From an uncultured Gammaproteobacteria bacterium (GTDB taxonomy: Bacteria; Patescibacteriota; Microgenomatia; Daviesbacterales; UBA10151), in NCBI GenBank assembly GCA_964392925.1, contig CAYMRP010000002.1, forward strand, positions 2,244-64,645: 62,402 bases of DNA, written 5' to 3'. A program made the position numbers and the translations under genes. Positions 17,364 through 28,270 of this stretch are shown one piece after another (position 1 is the stretch's first letter; every line of letters begins with the position of its first letter). Under the pieces are notes generated by a model that made no database searches, had not been told where the DNA came from, and saw only the letters and a program-made list of their open reading frames with translations.

Positions 17364-18839
17364 CTAAAAATCATTCCAAAGAACTTGATTAGTTACTTCA
17401 TGGTGATAAATAATCTCTGATTCTTTTACAAATGTGCCCAGAGCTTTTGGACTTCTATCAGCCGCCCCCTGTTTAAAACTAATAAATTTATCTTTATTAT
17501 CCGCCCCAAATATTGAAGATATAAAATCACTTGATTTAAATAATTTAATCGCATCATTTATATTATCTGGTAAAAATCTAGCTCTTTCTCTTTTATCCTC
17601 ATCTTTTTCAAGTTTAACTCCCTCAAGTCCGGTTTTGATTATTGTGTATAAAACCATGTACGGATTTGCATCCGGCGCAACAGACCTGACTTCAATTCTG
17701 GCTGTTTTTTCATTACCCACCGGAATTCTTATCATTGAACCTCTATCTATTGGTGAAACTTTTATTTGATTTGGAGCCTCAAAATGAGGATCAAGTCTGC
17801 GATACGCATTAACCGAAGAATTAAAAACTAAACAGATCTCTGGCGCGTGATTCAAAAGTCGCATTATAAAATCCCAGGCAATTTTTGATAAACCATCCTG
17901 ACCCTTTGGATCAAAGAAAATATTCTTACCGTTTTTTCCTAAGGAAAAATTCGTATGCATCCCTGAACCATTAATCCCTACAACTGGCTTCGGTAAAAAC
18001 GTTGCAGTCATATCCATATTTCTGGCAACTTGTCTGCATACTAATTTATAAAGCTGAATATTATCAGCTGCTCTCACAACTTCTGAATATGAAAAATTCA
18101 TCTCAAACTGACTAGGGGCAACTTCCGGATGATCCTTTTCATTCCTAAAGCCCATCGCTCTTTGAGCTTCTGCGGATTTATCAATAAATTGGCGCAACTT
18201 GTCTAAAGGCAAAGAATGATAATATCCACCAGAAGAAATAAGTTTAAAAGCTCCCGTATTCTTAAAATTTTGCTCAGCATAAACCCCATCTACTAAAAAC
18301 CCTTCAATCTCCGCTGCAGCAAATGCCTGAAGTCCATCTTTCTTTTTCATTTCTTCAGTTGCGAGTTTAAGCTGTCCCCTAAAATCAGAAGGATATGGTT
18401 TTCTATCCCGATCTAAAACACTAGCGAAGAATATAACTTTACCAGGACCAAATACATCCGCAGGTAAATGTCTAATTGATGACCAGTCAATATCCAATCT
18501 CAAATCTGATTCATGCTGCGCAGAAAAACCTCTTATAGAAGATCCATCAAAAGTTAAATTTGATAAAGAATCCAAAAGAAACTTCTTATCATAATCAAGC
18601 ATGTGCAATCGCCCCTCTAAATCTGTAAAACAAATTGTCACAGCTTTAATTCGAGATTCTTTTTTTAGATAGGCAATTGTTTCAGTTTGAATAATTTTTT
18701 CCGATAATGTATCCGCTTTGATAGCCGCTGCTAAGTTCATTTCTTCTAAATTGTCATATGGGATTTCTAAAAAGTTCTTGAGTGGAGTTGTTTCGAATGA
18801 ATTAATATTACCATTTGGCAAGCTATGCTTATTTTTCAT
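17364..18839 (-). CDS. glnA: Glutamine synthetase
   Basis: FDGSSIRGF, MHTNFSL and a GS catalytic-domain pattern. The N-terminal start is uncertain. Confidence 0.9.
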   Translation of the reverse strand: MKNKHSLPNGNINSFETTPLKNFLEIPYDNLEEMNLAAAIKADTLSEKIIQTETIAYLKKESRIKAVTICFTDLEGRLHMLDYDKKFLLDSLSNLTFDGSSIRGFSAQHESDLRLDIDWSSIRHLPADVFGPGKVIFFASVLDRDRKPYPSDFRGQLKLATEEMKKKDGLQAFAAAEIEGFLVDGVYAEQNFKNTGAFKLISSGGYYHSLPLDKLRQFIDKSAEAQRAMGFRNEKDHPEVAPSQFEMNFSYSEVVRAADNIQLYKLVCRQVARNMDMTATFLPKPVVGINGSGMHTNFSLGKNGKNIFFDPKGQDGLSKIAWDFIMRLLNHAPEICLVFNSSVNAYRRLDPHFEAPNQIKVSPIDRGSMIRIPVGNEKTARIEVRSVAPDANPYMVLYTIIKTGLEGVKLEKDEDKRERARFLPDNINDAIKLFKSSDFISSIFGADNKDKFISFKQGAADRSPKALGTFVKESEIIYHHEVTNQVLWNDF

Positions 18840-19035
18840 TTATTTAACTTAATTCTTATTGAATTAATACTAATTTAATACTTTTCACTTAACGTGTCAA
18901 TACATCAATAACATAAAAGTTCAACGAATAATTCAAATTTATATTGAATTTAATCTAATTACCAAAATAATTAGTATTACTACAAGAATAATAGTTCAGC
19001 AGACGATTAATTTAACAAGATAGAATTATTAGGGA

Positions 19036-19896
19036 TTATTTAATTAAAGCATTCCAGTCCGAAGCAAACTTTTCTATACCGGCATCAGTTAACTCGTGTT
19101 TAATATCATAATCCTGATAGTCTTTATTTAAATCAATCTCTTTATACTCAATCGGCTTTAAATCTTTCGGCGTATATGTATAAGTCTCCTGAACCTGCAT
19201 CCCTTTTGTTTTCCAATCTTTAGTTAATTTATAAGGACCGGTAATAATATCCGAGCCTAAGGTCAGGGCAGCATTATAGTGTTCTAAACTTCTAACAGAT
19301 GCAGTTAGAACTTCAACATGACCATCTCCAGACTCGTACATTTTCAAAATATTCTTTATTAAATCCATTCCATTCTCACCTCTATCATCAAGCCTCCCAA
19401 CAAAAGGCGATACAAACACCTGTCCTTTAATAGCACCGCGCGTTGCAGCATAAACAGCTGCTGCCTGCTCCTGAGTAAATACCAAAGTCATATTAACGCT
19501 CATTCCTCTTCTTATTGAATCCTCTGCTGCCATAAGACCTGCTTGTGTTGTTGGAAATTTAATATGAGCATTCGGAATCCATTCATTCATTCTTCTCGCC
19601 TGAGTCATCATTTCAGAAGCTGTCGTTTTATCATCAGCATAAACCTCAATCGAAACAGAACCATCAGGGATTATTGCCGAAATGTCCGAAACAACATTCT
19701 TATAGAAATCCATTATCTCTTCTTCTGTAAATTTATCTCCGTTGGCTAAACGTTTTTGAGCTTCAGGATTCTTAGAAATTAAAGTCGGGTTTGTTGTCTG
19801 GCCATCTAAAAATCCCAATTCTTTAATAAGTAATTTTGTTTCTTCCGGATCTCCGCCGTCCAAAAAGATTTTTGTTTTTAAATTATATGGTTTCAT
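19036..19896 (-). CDS. tal: Transaldolase-family protein
   Basis: KIFLDGGDPEE, GQTTNPTLI and FVSPFVGRLDD (Schiff-base Lys region). Confidence 0.85.
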   Translation of the reverse strand: MKPYNLKTKIFLDGGDPEETKLLIKELGFLDGQTTNPTLISKNPEAQKRLANGDKFTEEEIMDFYKNVVSDISAIIPDGSVSIEVYADDKTTASEMMTQARRMNEWIPNAHIKFPTTQAGLMAAEDSIRRGMSVNMTLVFTQEQAAAVYAATRGAIKGQVFVSPFVGRLDDRGENGMDLIKNILKMYESGDGHVEVLTASVRSLEHYNAALTLGSDIITGPYKLTKDWKTKGMQVQETYTYTPKDLKPIEYKEIDLNKDYQDYDIKHELTDAGIEKFASDWNALIK

Positions 19897-21786
19897 CTAT
19901 TTTATACTTTTAACTTTTTCTATTATTGCTTTAGCAGATATTTCCTCATAGTCTAAAAGCTCCATCGGCTTTCCAGAACGGGCCATTTTTCTGACAGCCA
20001 GTGAATGTATCGGCACCATTACCTCACATAAAGCACTCCTAACGGCTTCTCCCAACCCGCCTTCTTCATAATGATCCTCAACTGTAATAATTGCCTGAGA
20101 ATTATTAATAGCTTTCATAAGCTCCTTAGAATCAATTGGCTTAATCGTATATAAATCAATCACATCCACAGCTATTTCCTCTTCAGCTAATTCTTTTTGT
20201 GCTTTCAAACTTTCGTGTAGAGTAATACCAGCTCCAATCACAACTATCCTTGATTCTTGTCCCTTGATGCTTGTCCCATGCTTTTTAAATCCTCCTATTT
20301 TAAATTCCTCACCGCTATTATAAATAACCGGTGTCTCGGCTCTAGTAGTTCTAATATAAACATTACCTTTGTGTTCCGCCGAAAGTACCGATAATTTTTC
20401 TGTTGAAACTCCATCAGATGGATATAACACCACCCCATCATGCAAAGTTCTAAACATCGCAATATCTTCAAGCGCCATTTGTGAAGCTCCATCCTCTCCG
20501 ATAGAAACACCCGCATGAGAACCAACAAATTTAATATTTGGATTCGCATATTGACTCATTCTGATTTGATCAAACGCCCGGGAAAAAAATGCCGCAAATG
20601 TTGAAATAAACGGAATTTTCCCCCGTCTTGAAAACCCTAATGCTGCTCCCACCATATTTTGTTCAGCAATATACATTTCAAAAAATCTTTCTGGGTATTT
20701 CTTCTTAACCGACTCTGACATTGTTGAATTACTTACCTCAGCATCTAAAACAACAACTTTATCATTTGCCTCTGCTAACTTAACTAAAATATTTCCATAT
20801 GCTTTTCTGGTGGCAACCATATCTCCTGTTTTATATTCTGTTTTTATATCTTTAATCTTTAATTTTTCATCTTTCACCTTCTTATTCCTTGGCATTTCCA
20901 CCTTCCCGACACTCGTCTTAACTTCTCCAATCTCTTTCAGCGCTTCTTCCAATCTATCTGAAGGAACTGCCTTACCATGCCACCCATCAGTGTCTTCCAA
21001 GAATGAAACGCCCTTCCCTTTAAGAGTTTTTGCAATTATCATTTTTGGGCTTCCACTTTTATCTTTTAAGACCTCTTTAAAAGCATTAACAATTTCTTCT
21101 AAATCATGACCATCAATAACCCATGTTTTCCAGCCAAATGCTTCAGTTCTTTGCTGATATGTTTTTGTATCATGACCTAATAAAGTCTCGCCTCTTTGCC
21201 CTAAACGATTCACATCGATAATCCCAATTAAGTTATCCAGTTTATAATGAGTCGCTATTTCCATGGCTTCCCAAACAGAACCCTCAGCCATCTCCGAATC
21301 ACCCATTAAAACATAAGTTTTATAAAGCGAGTCAGACGAGCTTTTCAAGCTCTGCTTATAATTTAATTTTTCCGCTCTAGCATTTAATGCCATTCCCAGT
21401 CCTATTGATAATCCTTGACCTAATGATCCCGTAGCAGCTTCTGTGTAGGGAAATTCCATAGTCGGATGACCTTCTAGCCGGCTTCCAAATTTGCGCAGAG
21501 ATTTCAGTTCATCTTCAGACACCTTTCCAGCAGCTGCATATAATGAGTAGAACAAAGGAGCCGCATGACCCTTAGAAAAAATCAGCCTGTCATTATTTAT
21601 ATTCTCAGGATTATCCAGATCGCTTTTAAAGAATCCACCAAACATGAGTGTTACCATTAAATCTGTTGCCGACAAAGAAGAAGTGGGATGTCCTGTACCT
21701 GCTTCTGTAGTAGAAGTTAAAATGTAGCGTCTAACCAGTTTTGCTAAATTTTCTAAATTTTTCATATCCATTTGAGTCCCGATCAT
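19897..21786 (-). CDS. tkt: Transketolase
   Basis: GHPTSSLS, GSLGQGLS, GDSEMAEG, and a pyrimidine-binding and C-terminal domain pattern. Confidence 0.95.
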   Translation of the reverse strand: MIGTQMDMKNLENLAKLVRRYILTSTTEAGTGHPTSSLSATDLMVTLMFGGFFKSDLDNPENINNDRLIFSKGHAAPLFYSLYAAAGKVSEDELKSLRKFGSRLEGHPTMEFPYTEAATGSLGQGLSIGLGMALNARAEKLNYKQSLKSSSDSLYKTYVLMGDSEMAEGSVWEAMEIATHYKLDNLIGIIDVNRLGQRGETLLGHDTKTYQQRTEAFGWKTWVIDGHDLEEIVNAFKEVLKDKSGSPKMIIAKTLKGKGVSFLEDTDGWHGKAVPSDRLEEALKEIGEVKTSVGKVEMPRNKKVKDEKLKIKDIKTEYKTGDMVATRKAYGNILVKLAEANDKVVVLDAEVSNSTMSESVKKKYPERFFEMYIAEQNMVGAALGFSRRGKIPFISTFAAFFSRAFDQIRMSQYANPNIKFVGSHAGVSIGEDGASQMALEDIAMFRTLHDGVVLYPSDGVSTEKLSVLSAEHKGNVYIRTTRAETPVIYNSGEEFKIGGFKKHGTSIKGQESRIVVIGAGITLHESLKAQKELAEEEIAVDVIDLYTIKPIDSKELMKAINNSQAIITVEDHYEEGGLGEAVRSALCEVMVPIHSLAVRKMARSGKPMELLDYEEISAKAIIEKVKSIK

Positions 21787-21840
21787 ATCATATTATTTTA
21801 CCCAAATCCTAGACAAAACCTGGACCATAAGAATACACTT

Positions 21841-22010
21841 GCATTGAAGAATTTGCGTTAAGAAATTTTTGGTGAGATATCAGGGGATTTCGGTTTTTTG
21901 CGATTAGCAAAAAAGCCGAAGGGGCAAGGTTCCCCGATTAGCTAACCGAAAATTTTAGCAAATTCTTCTCTGCAAGCAGCTTTTGCTCCACTTTTGCTGC
22001 CAAAAGCGGA
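21841..22010 (-). repeat. Structured intergenic element, copy 1 (candidate leader RNA upstream of tkt-tal)
   Basis: Shares conserved blocks GCATTGAA, GTTAAG, GATATCAGGGG, GGGG-loop-CCCCGATTAG, CTGCAAGCAGCTTTTG and a terminal CTTTTG-CTGC-CAAAAG hairpin with the copies at 32689 and 48384. Confidence 0.75.
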
Positions 22011-22099
22011 AAAGGTGTTGCGCAGCAATACCGCATATTCTTACAAAAACATTACAACTCTCTAAACAAAAACTGTACTCAGCAATTTACCATTCCTTC

Positions 22100-22843
22100 A
22101 TGAAAACCTCCCTAACTGAGGCAGAACTTTTTTATCAAAAAGCCTTAAAAACCTTAGCCGGCAGTAAAATCCCCTTTTTGGTTGGAGGTACTTATTCTAT
22201 TAAGAAATATACCGGCATTGCCCGCCCGACTAAGGATTTAGATATCTTCTGCAAGGCTGGTGACTACCCTAGAATTATTGAGATATTCAAAAAAGAAGGC
22301 TTTAAAGTCACAGCTCATGATTCTAGATGGATTGCTAAAGTATATAAGGATAAACATTATGTGGATCTAATCTACGGCACCCCATCCGGAATATGGCAGG
22401 TTGATGACAGCTGGTTTAAAAACGCACCCAGTACCAGAATTTTTGGGGTTAAAGTCAAGGTAATTCCACCCGAAGAAATGATCCTGGCTCGTATTTATGT
22501 TCAAGCCCGTGAACGATACGATGGAGCCGATATTAATCACATCATTCTAAAACAAGGTTCGATAATTGATTGGCACAGAATTCTCAATATGATGGAGTCT
22601 CATTGGGAATTATTATTCTCTCAACTGATGAATTTCAGATTCGTCTATCCATCTGAAAGAGGCATTATCCCTAAATGGCTGTTGGAAGAATTAGTTCAAA
22701 GGGTGAAGCATCAACTCGACTTACCAATACCAAAGGATAAAACTTCCAGAGGCCCCCTTCTCTCCCATGACCAATATCAAATAGATGCCAAATGGGGATT
22801 TCATACAATCACCCTAAACTTAAATGGAAAAAACAGTATTTAA
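22100..22843 (+). CDS. Nucleotidyltransferase-family protein (uncharacterised)
   Basis: FLVGGTYSIKKYTGIARPTKDLDIF pattern. ATG at 22100 is preferred, because the track's TTG start at 21983 lies inside the repeat element. Confidence 0.6.
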   Translation: MKTSLTEAELFYQKALKTLAGSKIPFLVGGTYSIKKYTGIARPTKDLDIFCKAGDYPRIIEIFKKEGFKVTAHDSRWIAKVYKDKHYVDLIYGTPSGIWQVDDSWFKNAPSTRIFGVKVKVIPPEEMILARIYVQARERYDGADINHIILKQGSIIDWHRILNMMESHWELLFSQLMNFRFVYPSERGIIPKWLLEELVQRVKHQLDLPIPKDKTSRGPLLSHDQYQIDAKWGFHTITLNLNGKNSI

Positions 22844-23558
22844 AAAAATCAGAATTGCCGCCATTGGCGACATCCATATAAAAGCCGACTCAAAATTTAT
22901 CGGTTCTGAAAATTACGAAGAATTAAATCAAACTGCTGATATTCTTTTACTATGCGGTGACTTAACAAACATGGGAACTGTCGAAGAAGCCAAAATCTTA
23001 GCAGAACTCCTGCGAAAACTTCACATCCCAGTTGCTGCAGTCTTTGGCAATCACGATTACACCAGCGACCAAAATGACGAAGTTAGAAAAATCCTTAAAG
23101 AAGATGGTTCACTCATTTTCCTGGATGAAAGCCCATATGAATTAGAAGGAGTTGGTTTTGTCGGTGTTAAAGGTTTCGGCGGCGGATTTGATAATCACAT
23201 GTTAAGTGCTTTTGGCGAACCAGCTTTAAAAGCTTATGTCCACGAAGTAGTAAATGAATCCCTTCAACTGGAAAGCCTTCTCTCCCAACTAAACACCGAG
23301 AAAAAAATAGTCGTAATGCACTACAGCCCAATCAAAGAAACATGTGTCGGAGAACCAGAAGAAATTTACTCCTTCCTCGGCTCCACCCACCTAGTCGCAC
23401 CAATTAATAATTTGAATGCTGACTTGGTATTCCACGGCCACGCCCATTACGGAACTCATCAAGGAAAAACTCTTAAAAATATTCCGGTTTTTAACGTCAG
23501 TTTAGAAGTTATGAAAAAATTAAACCCCAACAATCCTTATAAAATATTTGAGCCCTAA
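22824..23558 (+). CDS. Calcineurin-like metallophosphoesterase
   Basis: GDIH, GDLTNMG, GNHDY, HGHAH. Confidence 0.85.
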   Translation: MEKTVFKKIRIAAIGDIHIKADSKFIGSENYEELNQTADILLLCGDLTNMGTVEEAKILAELLRKLHIPVAAVFGNHDYTSDQNDEVRKILKEDGSLIFLDESPYELEGVGFVGVKGFGGGFDNHMLSAFGEPALKAYVHEVVNESLQLESLLSQLNTEKKIVVMHYSPIKETCVGEPEEIYSFLGSTHLVAPINNLNADLVFHGHAHYGTHQGKTLKNIPVFNVSLEVMKKLNPNNPYKIFEP

Positions 23559-23559
23559 A

Positions 23560-24327
23560 TTACAAATCTCTTCCGCCTTTTTGCCAATCTACATTCTTCA
23601 AAAACGGTGCAAATAAATCATCATCAAGAGAAATTTTAGATCCTTGCAATTCATCTTCAGATGGATTTCTCTCTTGAAATTCTATATTCTTAATTTCTTT
23701 AATTTCAGCCAAAGGTGTTTGTTCACTACCTTCCCCCATTTCTAAAACAGCAGCGGAAGCGATTGAATCAGCAATATTTAACTTTTCATAAACAAAAGGT
23801 CTGCCAAATAAATCAGGTTTGCCAATGTAATCATTAAGAGCTTTAAAACCGCTATGCGCTAGGGCAATTCCTGTCACTCCCCATCTTAATGGCGTTGTTT
23901 TGCTATCCGTAATAACCACACCCAATTTTTTTATGTTATATTTTTTTGTTAAATATTCTCTTATATTGTTAGTAGATTCCTGAGCATCCTTGGGCCACAA
24001 AATATAAAATCCATTTCCGTTCGATTCATCAATCCCTGCCGATGCTGAAAGAATATTATTAGTTACTGTAAAACTTATATTGTATTTACTGCTGGCCCTC
24101 GGCAAATACAGCTGCGAATTTTCCTGAATTAATTTTTCTTTGGCGGAAAACTCATCATTCTTTCCCTTCTCGATTTTTAAGATACTCCCCTCACAAATTG
24201 AAACTATCTTAGATGTCACGACTATAATGGATTCCTCCTCAAGACTTGTAATGTATTGATCTAAGATCTTAAATAAATCTTTATCTTCTTCAGTAATAAT
24301 ATGAGTTTTAATGGCTTTGACAATCAT
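23560..24327 (-). CDS. CofE/FbiB-like (F420-0:gamma-glutamyl ligase family) protein
   Basis: IIVVTSKIVSICEG and GVVITDS patterns. Confidence 0.65.
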   Translation of the reverse strand: MIVKAIKTHIITEEDKDLFKILDQYITSLEEESIIVVTSKIVSICEGSILKIEKGKNDEFSAKEKLIQENSQLYLPRASSKYNISFTVTNNILSASAGIDESNGNGFYILWPKDAQESTNNIREYLTKKYNIKKLGVVITDSKTTPLRWGVTGIALAHSGFKALNDYIGKPDLFGRPFVYEKLNIADSIASAAVLEMGEGSEQTPLAEIKEIKNIEFQERNPSEDELQGSKISLDDDLFAPFLKNVDWQKGGRDL

Positions 24328-24851
24328 ATGTTAACTTTATAATGTAAAAGAATTGTACCTTGATCGTTTAATTTATCCAAACTTAACAGTTCCAGACTCA
24401 CATCTAAATCTCGCTCACTAATCATTCCATTCCCTGATCCAAATAATTTCGGTTCTATGGTTAAATAAATTTCATCAACTAAATTTTCTTTAAAAAATTC
24501 TCTGTTCAAATGTTCACCAGAGAGTAGCAGCATTTTCTCGAAACCTCTTTTTTCCAAATAAGAAACAATTTCAGAAACCTCTCCACTAACAAATTCTAAT
24601 TGTCCCTCAACTTTATCTTCAGAATATTTCTCAGGATTATGAGTAACAACGATTCTCAATTTATCATCAGATAGCTCCATATGAGATTTAGCGCTTTCAT
24701 ATGTTTTACCGCCCATTAAAATTAAATTATTCTCTGAGATTAATTTTGAAAGATGTTTCGAGTCCTCCGGAGATGCCCATGACTGATTCTGTTGTTTCCC
24801 TTTTGTTGACTTGCCATCAACAGATAAAACCATAGCCAAAATTATTTTCAT
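24324..24851 (-). CDS. RibD C-terminal domain / dihydrofolate-reductase-like reductase
   Basis: MKIILAMVLSVDGKST...LIMGGKTYES...EIYLTIEPKLFG. Confidence 0.75.
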   Translation of the reverse strand: MKIILAMVLSVDGKSTKGKQQNQSWASPEDSKHLSKLISENNLILMGGKTYESAKSHMELSDDKLRIVVTHNPEKYSEDKVEGQLEFVSGEVSEIVSYLEKRGFEKMLLLSGEHLNREFFKENLVDEIYLTIEPKLFGSGNGMISERDLDVSLELLSLDKLNDQGTILLHYKVNI

Positions 24852-25501
24852 TTACTCTTAAGCCACTTAACACCAGCATAAACTAGTGGTGTTTCAGCAA
24901 TCGACAATGCACATCTAAGCAGCCAGTACGGAATTAAAAGGCCAGTGATGAAACTAAAATTACTACCGAACGATTGATCAAAAGCATAAAAAGCAATGCT
25001 TAAAAATAACGCCGAATCAACAAATTGGGAAATAAAGTTTGATAGATTATTTCTAAGCCAAAGTTTGCTTTTTCCTAATTTCTCTCTAATTAAAGAAAAT
25101 ACATAAACATCCAAAAAGTCAGAAACCGCAAAGGCAATAATTGATGCTGCAGAAAATCTCATTGATAAGCCGAATATTGTATCGTAAGCTCCTTCATTTG
25201 GAGCATACCTTACTGATGGCGGAAGTGATGTTGCAAGCCAGGAGAATCCAAAAATTAGAAAAATAACAAATAAACTCGAACGGATAATACTTCTTGCTCT
25301 TTCTTTCCCGTAAACTTCAGCAATAATGTCATTAATAGTAAATATCAAAGGAACAACAAACACAGCAACTGACGCATTTAGTTTATAAAATCCAAAATCC
25401 CAAACAGGAAATGTTTTGCTACCCATAATTTCTGAAACAGCAATACAAAATATGTAAACTGCTATCAACAAATCCATTTTTTCGATCTTTAAAAAGCTCA
25501 T
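24848..25501 (-). CDS. Queuosine-precursor transporter (YhhQ/VUT family)
   Basis: Polytopic membrane protein with INDIIAEVYGKERA. Confidence 0.75.
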   Translation of the reverse strand: MSFLKIEKMDLLIAVYIFCIAVSEIMGSKTFPVWDFGFYKLNASVAVFVVPLIFTINDIIAEVYGKERARSIIRSSLFVIFLIFGFSWLATSLPPSVRYAPNEGAYDTIFGLSMRFSAASIIAFAVSDFLDVYVFSLIREKLGKSKLWLRNNLSNFISQFVDSALFLSIAFYAFDQSFGSNFSFITGLLIPYWLLRCALSIAETPLVYAGVKWLKSK

Positions 25502-25530
25502 GAGGGTATTCTAGATAATTTTCGAAGCTC

Positions 25531-27093
25531 TTACAAGGTTATAGTTTTTATATCTTCAGCTCGTTCTTTAATATCCAAAGGATACTTACCATTAAACATA
25601 GATGTGTTAAAAGATGATTCTGGTAAACCAGTTGAGCGGACTAATCCGTCATATGACAGATAGCTTAATGAATCAGCACCAATATATTCACATATCTCCT
25701 CCACTGTTTTATTAGCCGCAATCAAATCTTTTTGATAAGGAGTATTAATTCCATAAAAATCAGGATACTTAACCGGCGGAGAGGAAATCATAACGTGAAC
25801 TTCTTTAGCCCCAGCCTGTCTTAACATCTTAACTATTTTGCCCGTTGTAGTTCCCCTGACTATCGAATCATCAATCACAATTACTCGTTTTCCTTCTAAA
25901 ACTTCCGGAACTGGAATAAGTTTCATTTGGACTGATTTATCCCTTAGTCTTTGATCCGGCATAATAAATGTTCTTCCAATATAACGGTTCTTAATTAATC
26001 CCTGTTGATATTGAATTCCAGACTCTATTGAATAACCGATGGCTGCGGGTATTGCTGATTCTGGAACTGGGATAACAACATCTGCTTTTATAGGATTCTC
26101 AATCGCTAGAGTTTTTCCAAAATTTTGTCTTACTTCATATACTCTCTTACCTAAAAGTTTTGAATCTGGTCTTGCAAAATAAACGAATTCAAAAATATCT
26201 AATTTTCTCTCTCCTTTTACTAAGTTATACGTTTTAATCTCTGCTTTGAATTCACCATTTGGTAAAGCCTTCCTGCTGGCAACTATCATTTCTCCGGGTT
26301 CAACATCTTTAATAAATTCAGCATTAACAGTATCTAGCGCACAAGTCTCAGATGAAAATGCAAATCCGCCATTTAATTTTCCTACTGATAATGGCCTAAT
26401 CCCATATGGATCTTGAATCGCCACTAATTCATCATTACTCATTATCAAAATAGCAAACGCACCGGTGAATAAATGATATGTTTCTGTCACTGCATCAGCT
26501 AAAGTTTTTCCTTTAGCCATTTCAACTTTGACAGCTTCATACATCATTTCTGAGTCATTCAAATGCTCGATATCAATATTATTTTTTGTTAAGAATACTT
26601 CCAGAGCTTTCGTTGATGGTAGGTTACCATTATGAGCAAGTGCTATTGGATCTCCTGATCTGTGAACCGGTTGATTATGCTGATGAAGAGTACCGCCTGA
26701 GGTTGAATATCTATTGTGACCTATCGCAATTTCGCCCTTTAAGTGATCAAAATCTTTTTCTTCATAGACTTGAGCTACCAGTCCATTTGATTTATGTACA
26801 TGAATTTTGTTTCCATCTGAAGATGCTATTCCTGAGGATTCTTGTCCTCGATGTTGAAGTGAATATAGTCCAAAATATACTTCTCTGGAAGCTGAATGAG
26901 CGTTATAAACCCCAAATACTGCACATTTTTCTTTGAGCTTATCGTCTGAGTTATCGCTACCGCATTGTGAGGTTAAGGTTTGTTTATTACTGTCGTCAAT
27001 ATGATCGCTTGCCTTATCGTCGTTTGACATTGTTTGTCCCGGACCTTGCGTTTCAGGGGTTGATATTATAGGATATACTAACCTATATATCAA
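25531..27093 (-). CDS. purF: Amidophosphoribosyltransferase
   Basis: CAVFGV Ntn cysteine after a long propeptide or uncertain start, and the PRPP loop VIVIDDSIVRGTT. Confidence 0.9.
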   Translation of the reverse strand: MIYRLVYPIISTPETQGPGQTMSNDDKASDHIDDSNKQTLTSQCGSDNSDDKLKEKCAVFGVYNAHSASREVYFGLYSLQHRGQESSGIASSDGNKIHVHKSNGLVAQVYEEKDFDHLKGEIAIGHNRYSTSGGTLHQHNQPVHRSGDPIALAHNGNLPSTKALEVFLTKNNIDIEHLNDSEMMYEAVKVEMAKGKTLADAVTETYHLFTGAFAILIMSNDELVAIQDPYGIRPLSVGKLNGGFAFSSETCALDTVNAEFIKDVEPGEMIVASRKALPNGEFKAEIKTYNLVKGERKLDIFEFVYFARPDSKLLGKRVYEVRQNFGKTLAIENPIKADVVIPVPESAIPAAIGYSIESGIQYQQGLIKNRYIGRTFIMPDQRLRDKSVQMKLIPVPEVLEGKRVIVIDDSIVRGTTTGKIVKMLRQAGAKEVHVMISSPPVKYPDFYGINTPYQKDLIAANKTVEEICEYIGADSLSYLSYDGLVRSTGLPESSFNTSMFNGKYPLDIKERAEDIKTITL

Positions 27094-27145
27094 TAGTGTA
27101 GTATTATTATTAATCAGACTTTAACCAATGTAAAGAGACAAAAAT

Positions 27146-28270
27146 ATGACAACAAAAAACCTCTCATATCAAAACTCAGGTGTAAATTATGATTTAATGG
27201 ACCCTTTTAAAAAACTTGCTCAAGCCGCTTCTCTTGAAACAATTGATCAAATTGCAAACCCCGAACAAATAACCGAAATTAGAAAATCTCTTGGTGAATC
27301 AGCTTTTATTTATAGATTATCAGCAGACCTTCAATTAGTTTTCGTCCAGGAAGGGCTCGGCACCAAAAATCTTATCGCCGATAGAATGTCAGAATTAACT
27401 GACAAAAGTTATTATGATGTTGTCGCCGAGGACACTGTTGCAGCGATAGTTAATGACCTAATTACCGTCGGAGCAAAACCCCTAATTGTTAACGCCTATT
27501 TCGGACTTGGCAATTCAGATTGGCTTAAAGACACTCAGAAATCACAAGATTTAATAGCAGGTTGGAAGAATGCTTGCCTTAAAGCTGGTGCTCTCTATGG
27601 CGGTGGCGAAACCCCAACGCTTCAAGGAATTATTAATCCAGAAACTGTTGATCTAGCAGGCTCATCTGTCGGTATTATTGAAAACAGAAAACAAATTCTT
27701 GGCGATGAATTAGCCCCGGGAGATGCAATTATTTTAATTGAGTCAAATGGTATTCATGCCAATGGCTTAACCCTAGCCAGAAAAATTGCCGATGAATTAG
27801 AAGAGGGTTATTTAACCAAACTTTCAAATGACGACACTTATGGCAATTCGCTTTTAAGACCTTCTCACATTTATTCAAAACCAATAAACGATCTCTTAGA
27901 AAAAAAGATAGATATTAATTACATGGTTAATATTACCGGACATGGCTGGAGAAAATTAATGAGATCCAAAAAAGACTTAACTTATGTTATTGATAAAGTT
28001 CCCGCGATCGATCCATTATTTGAATTCATCCAAAAAAATTCCGGAAGCAGTGATCAGGATATGTTCGGCACATTTAATATGGGAGCCGGCTTTGCAATCA
28101 TGCTTCCGGAACAGCAAGCCGACCAGGCAATAGAAATAATAAATAACGCTAATTACGGATTTAAATGTTGGTTAGCTGGGAAAGTAGAAGCAGGCGATAA
28201 AAAAGTCGTCATTAAAAGAGAAAGCAAAGAAGATATTATTTTTAATTCGGATTCTTTGAATATCAGATGA
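27146..28270 (+). CDS. purM: AIR synthetase (PurM-like)
   Basis: PurM/AIRS fold pattern (GLGTKN, DDLITVGAKP, GGETP). Longer than the classical PurM. Confidence 0.75.
   Translation: MTTKNLSYQNSGVNYDLMDPFKKLAQAASLETIDQIANPEQITEIRKSLGESAFIYRLSADLQLVFVQEGLGTKNLIADRMSELTDKSYYDVVAEDTVAAIVNDLITVGAKPLIVNAYFGLGNSDWLKDTQKSQDLIAGWKNACLKAGALYGGGETPTLQGIINPETVDLAGSSVGIIENRKQILGDELAPGDAIILIESNGIHANGLTLARKIADELEEGYLTKLSNDDTYGNSLLRPSHIYSKPINDLLEKKIDINYMVNITGHGWRKLMRSKKDLTYVIDKVPAIDPLFEFIQKNSGSSDQDMFGTFNMGAGFAIMLPEQQADQAIEIINNANYGFKCWLAGKVEAGDKKVVIKRESKEDIIFNSDSLNIR

Noticed and set aside
21983-22099. N-terminal extension of the nucleotidyltransferase ORF (track start 21983)
   Set aside because: It begins at a TTG inside the repeat element and encodes a Cys/Lys/Arg-rich junk-like peptide. 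The ATG at 22100 gives a sensible N-terminus.
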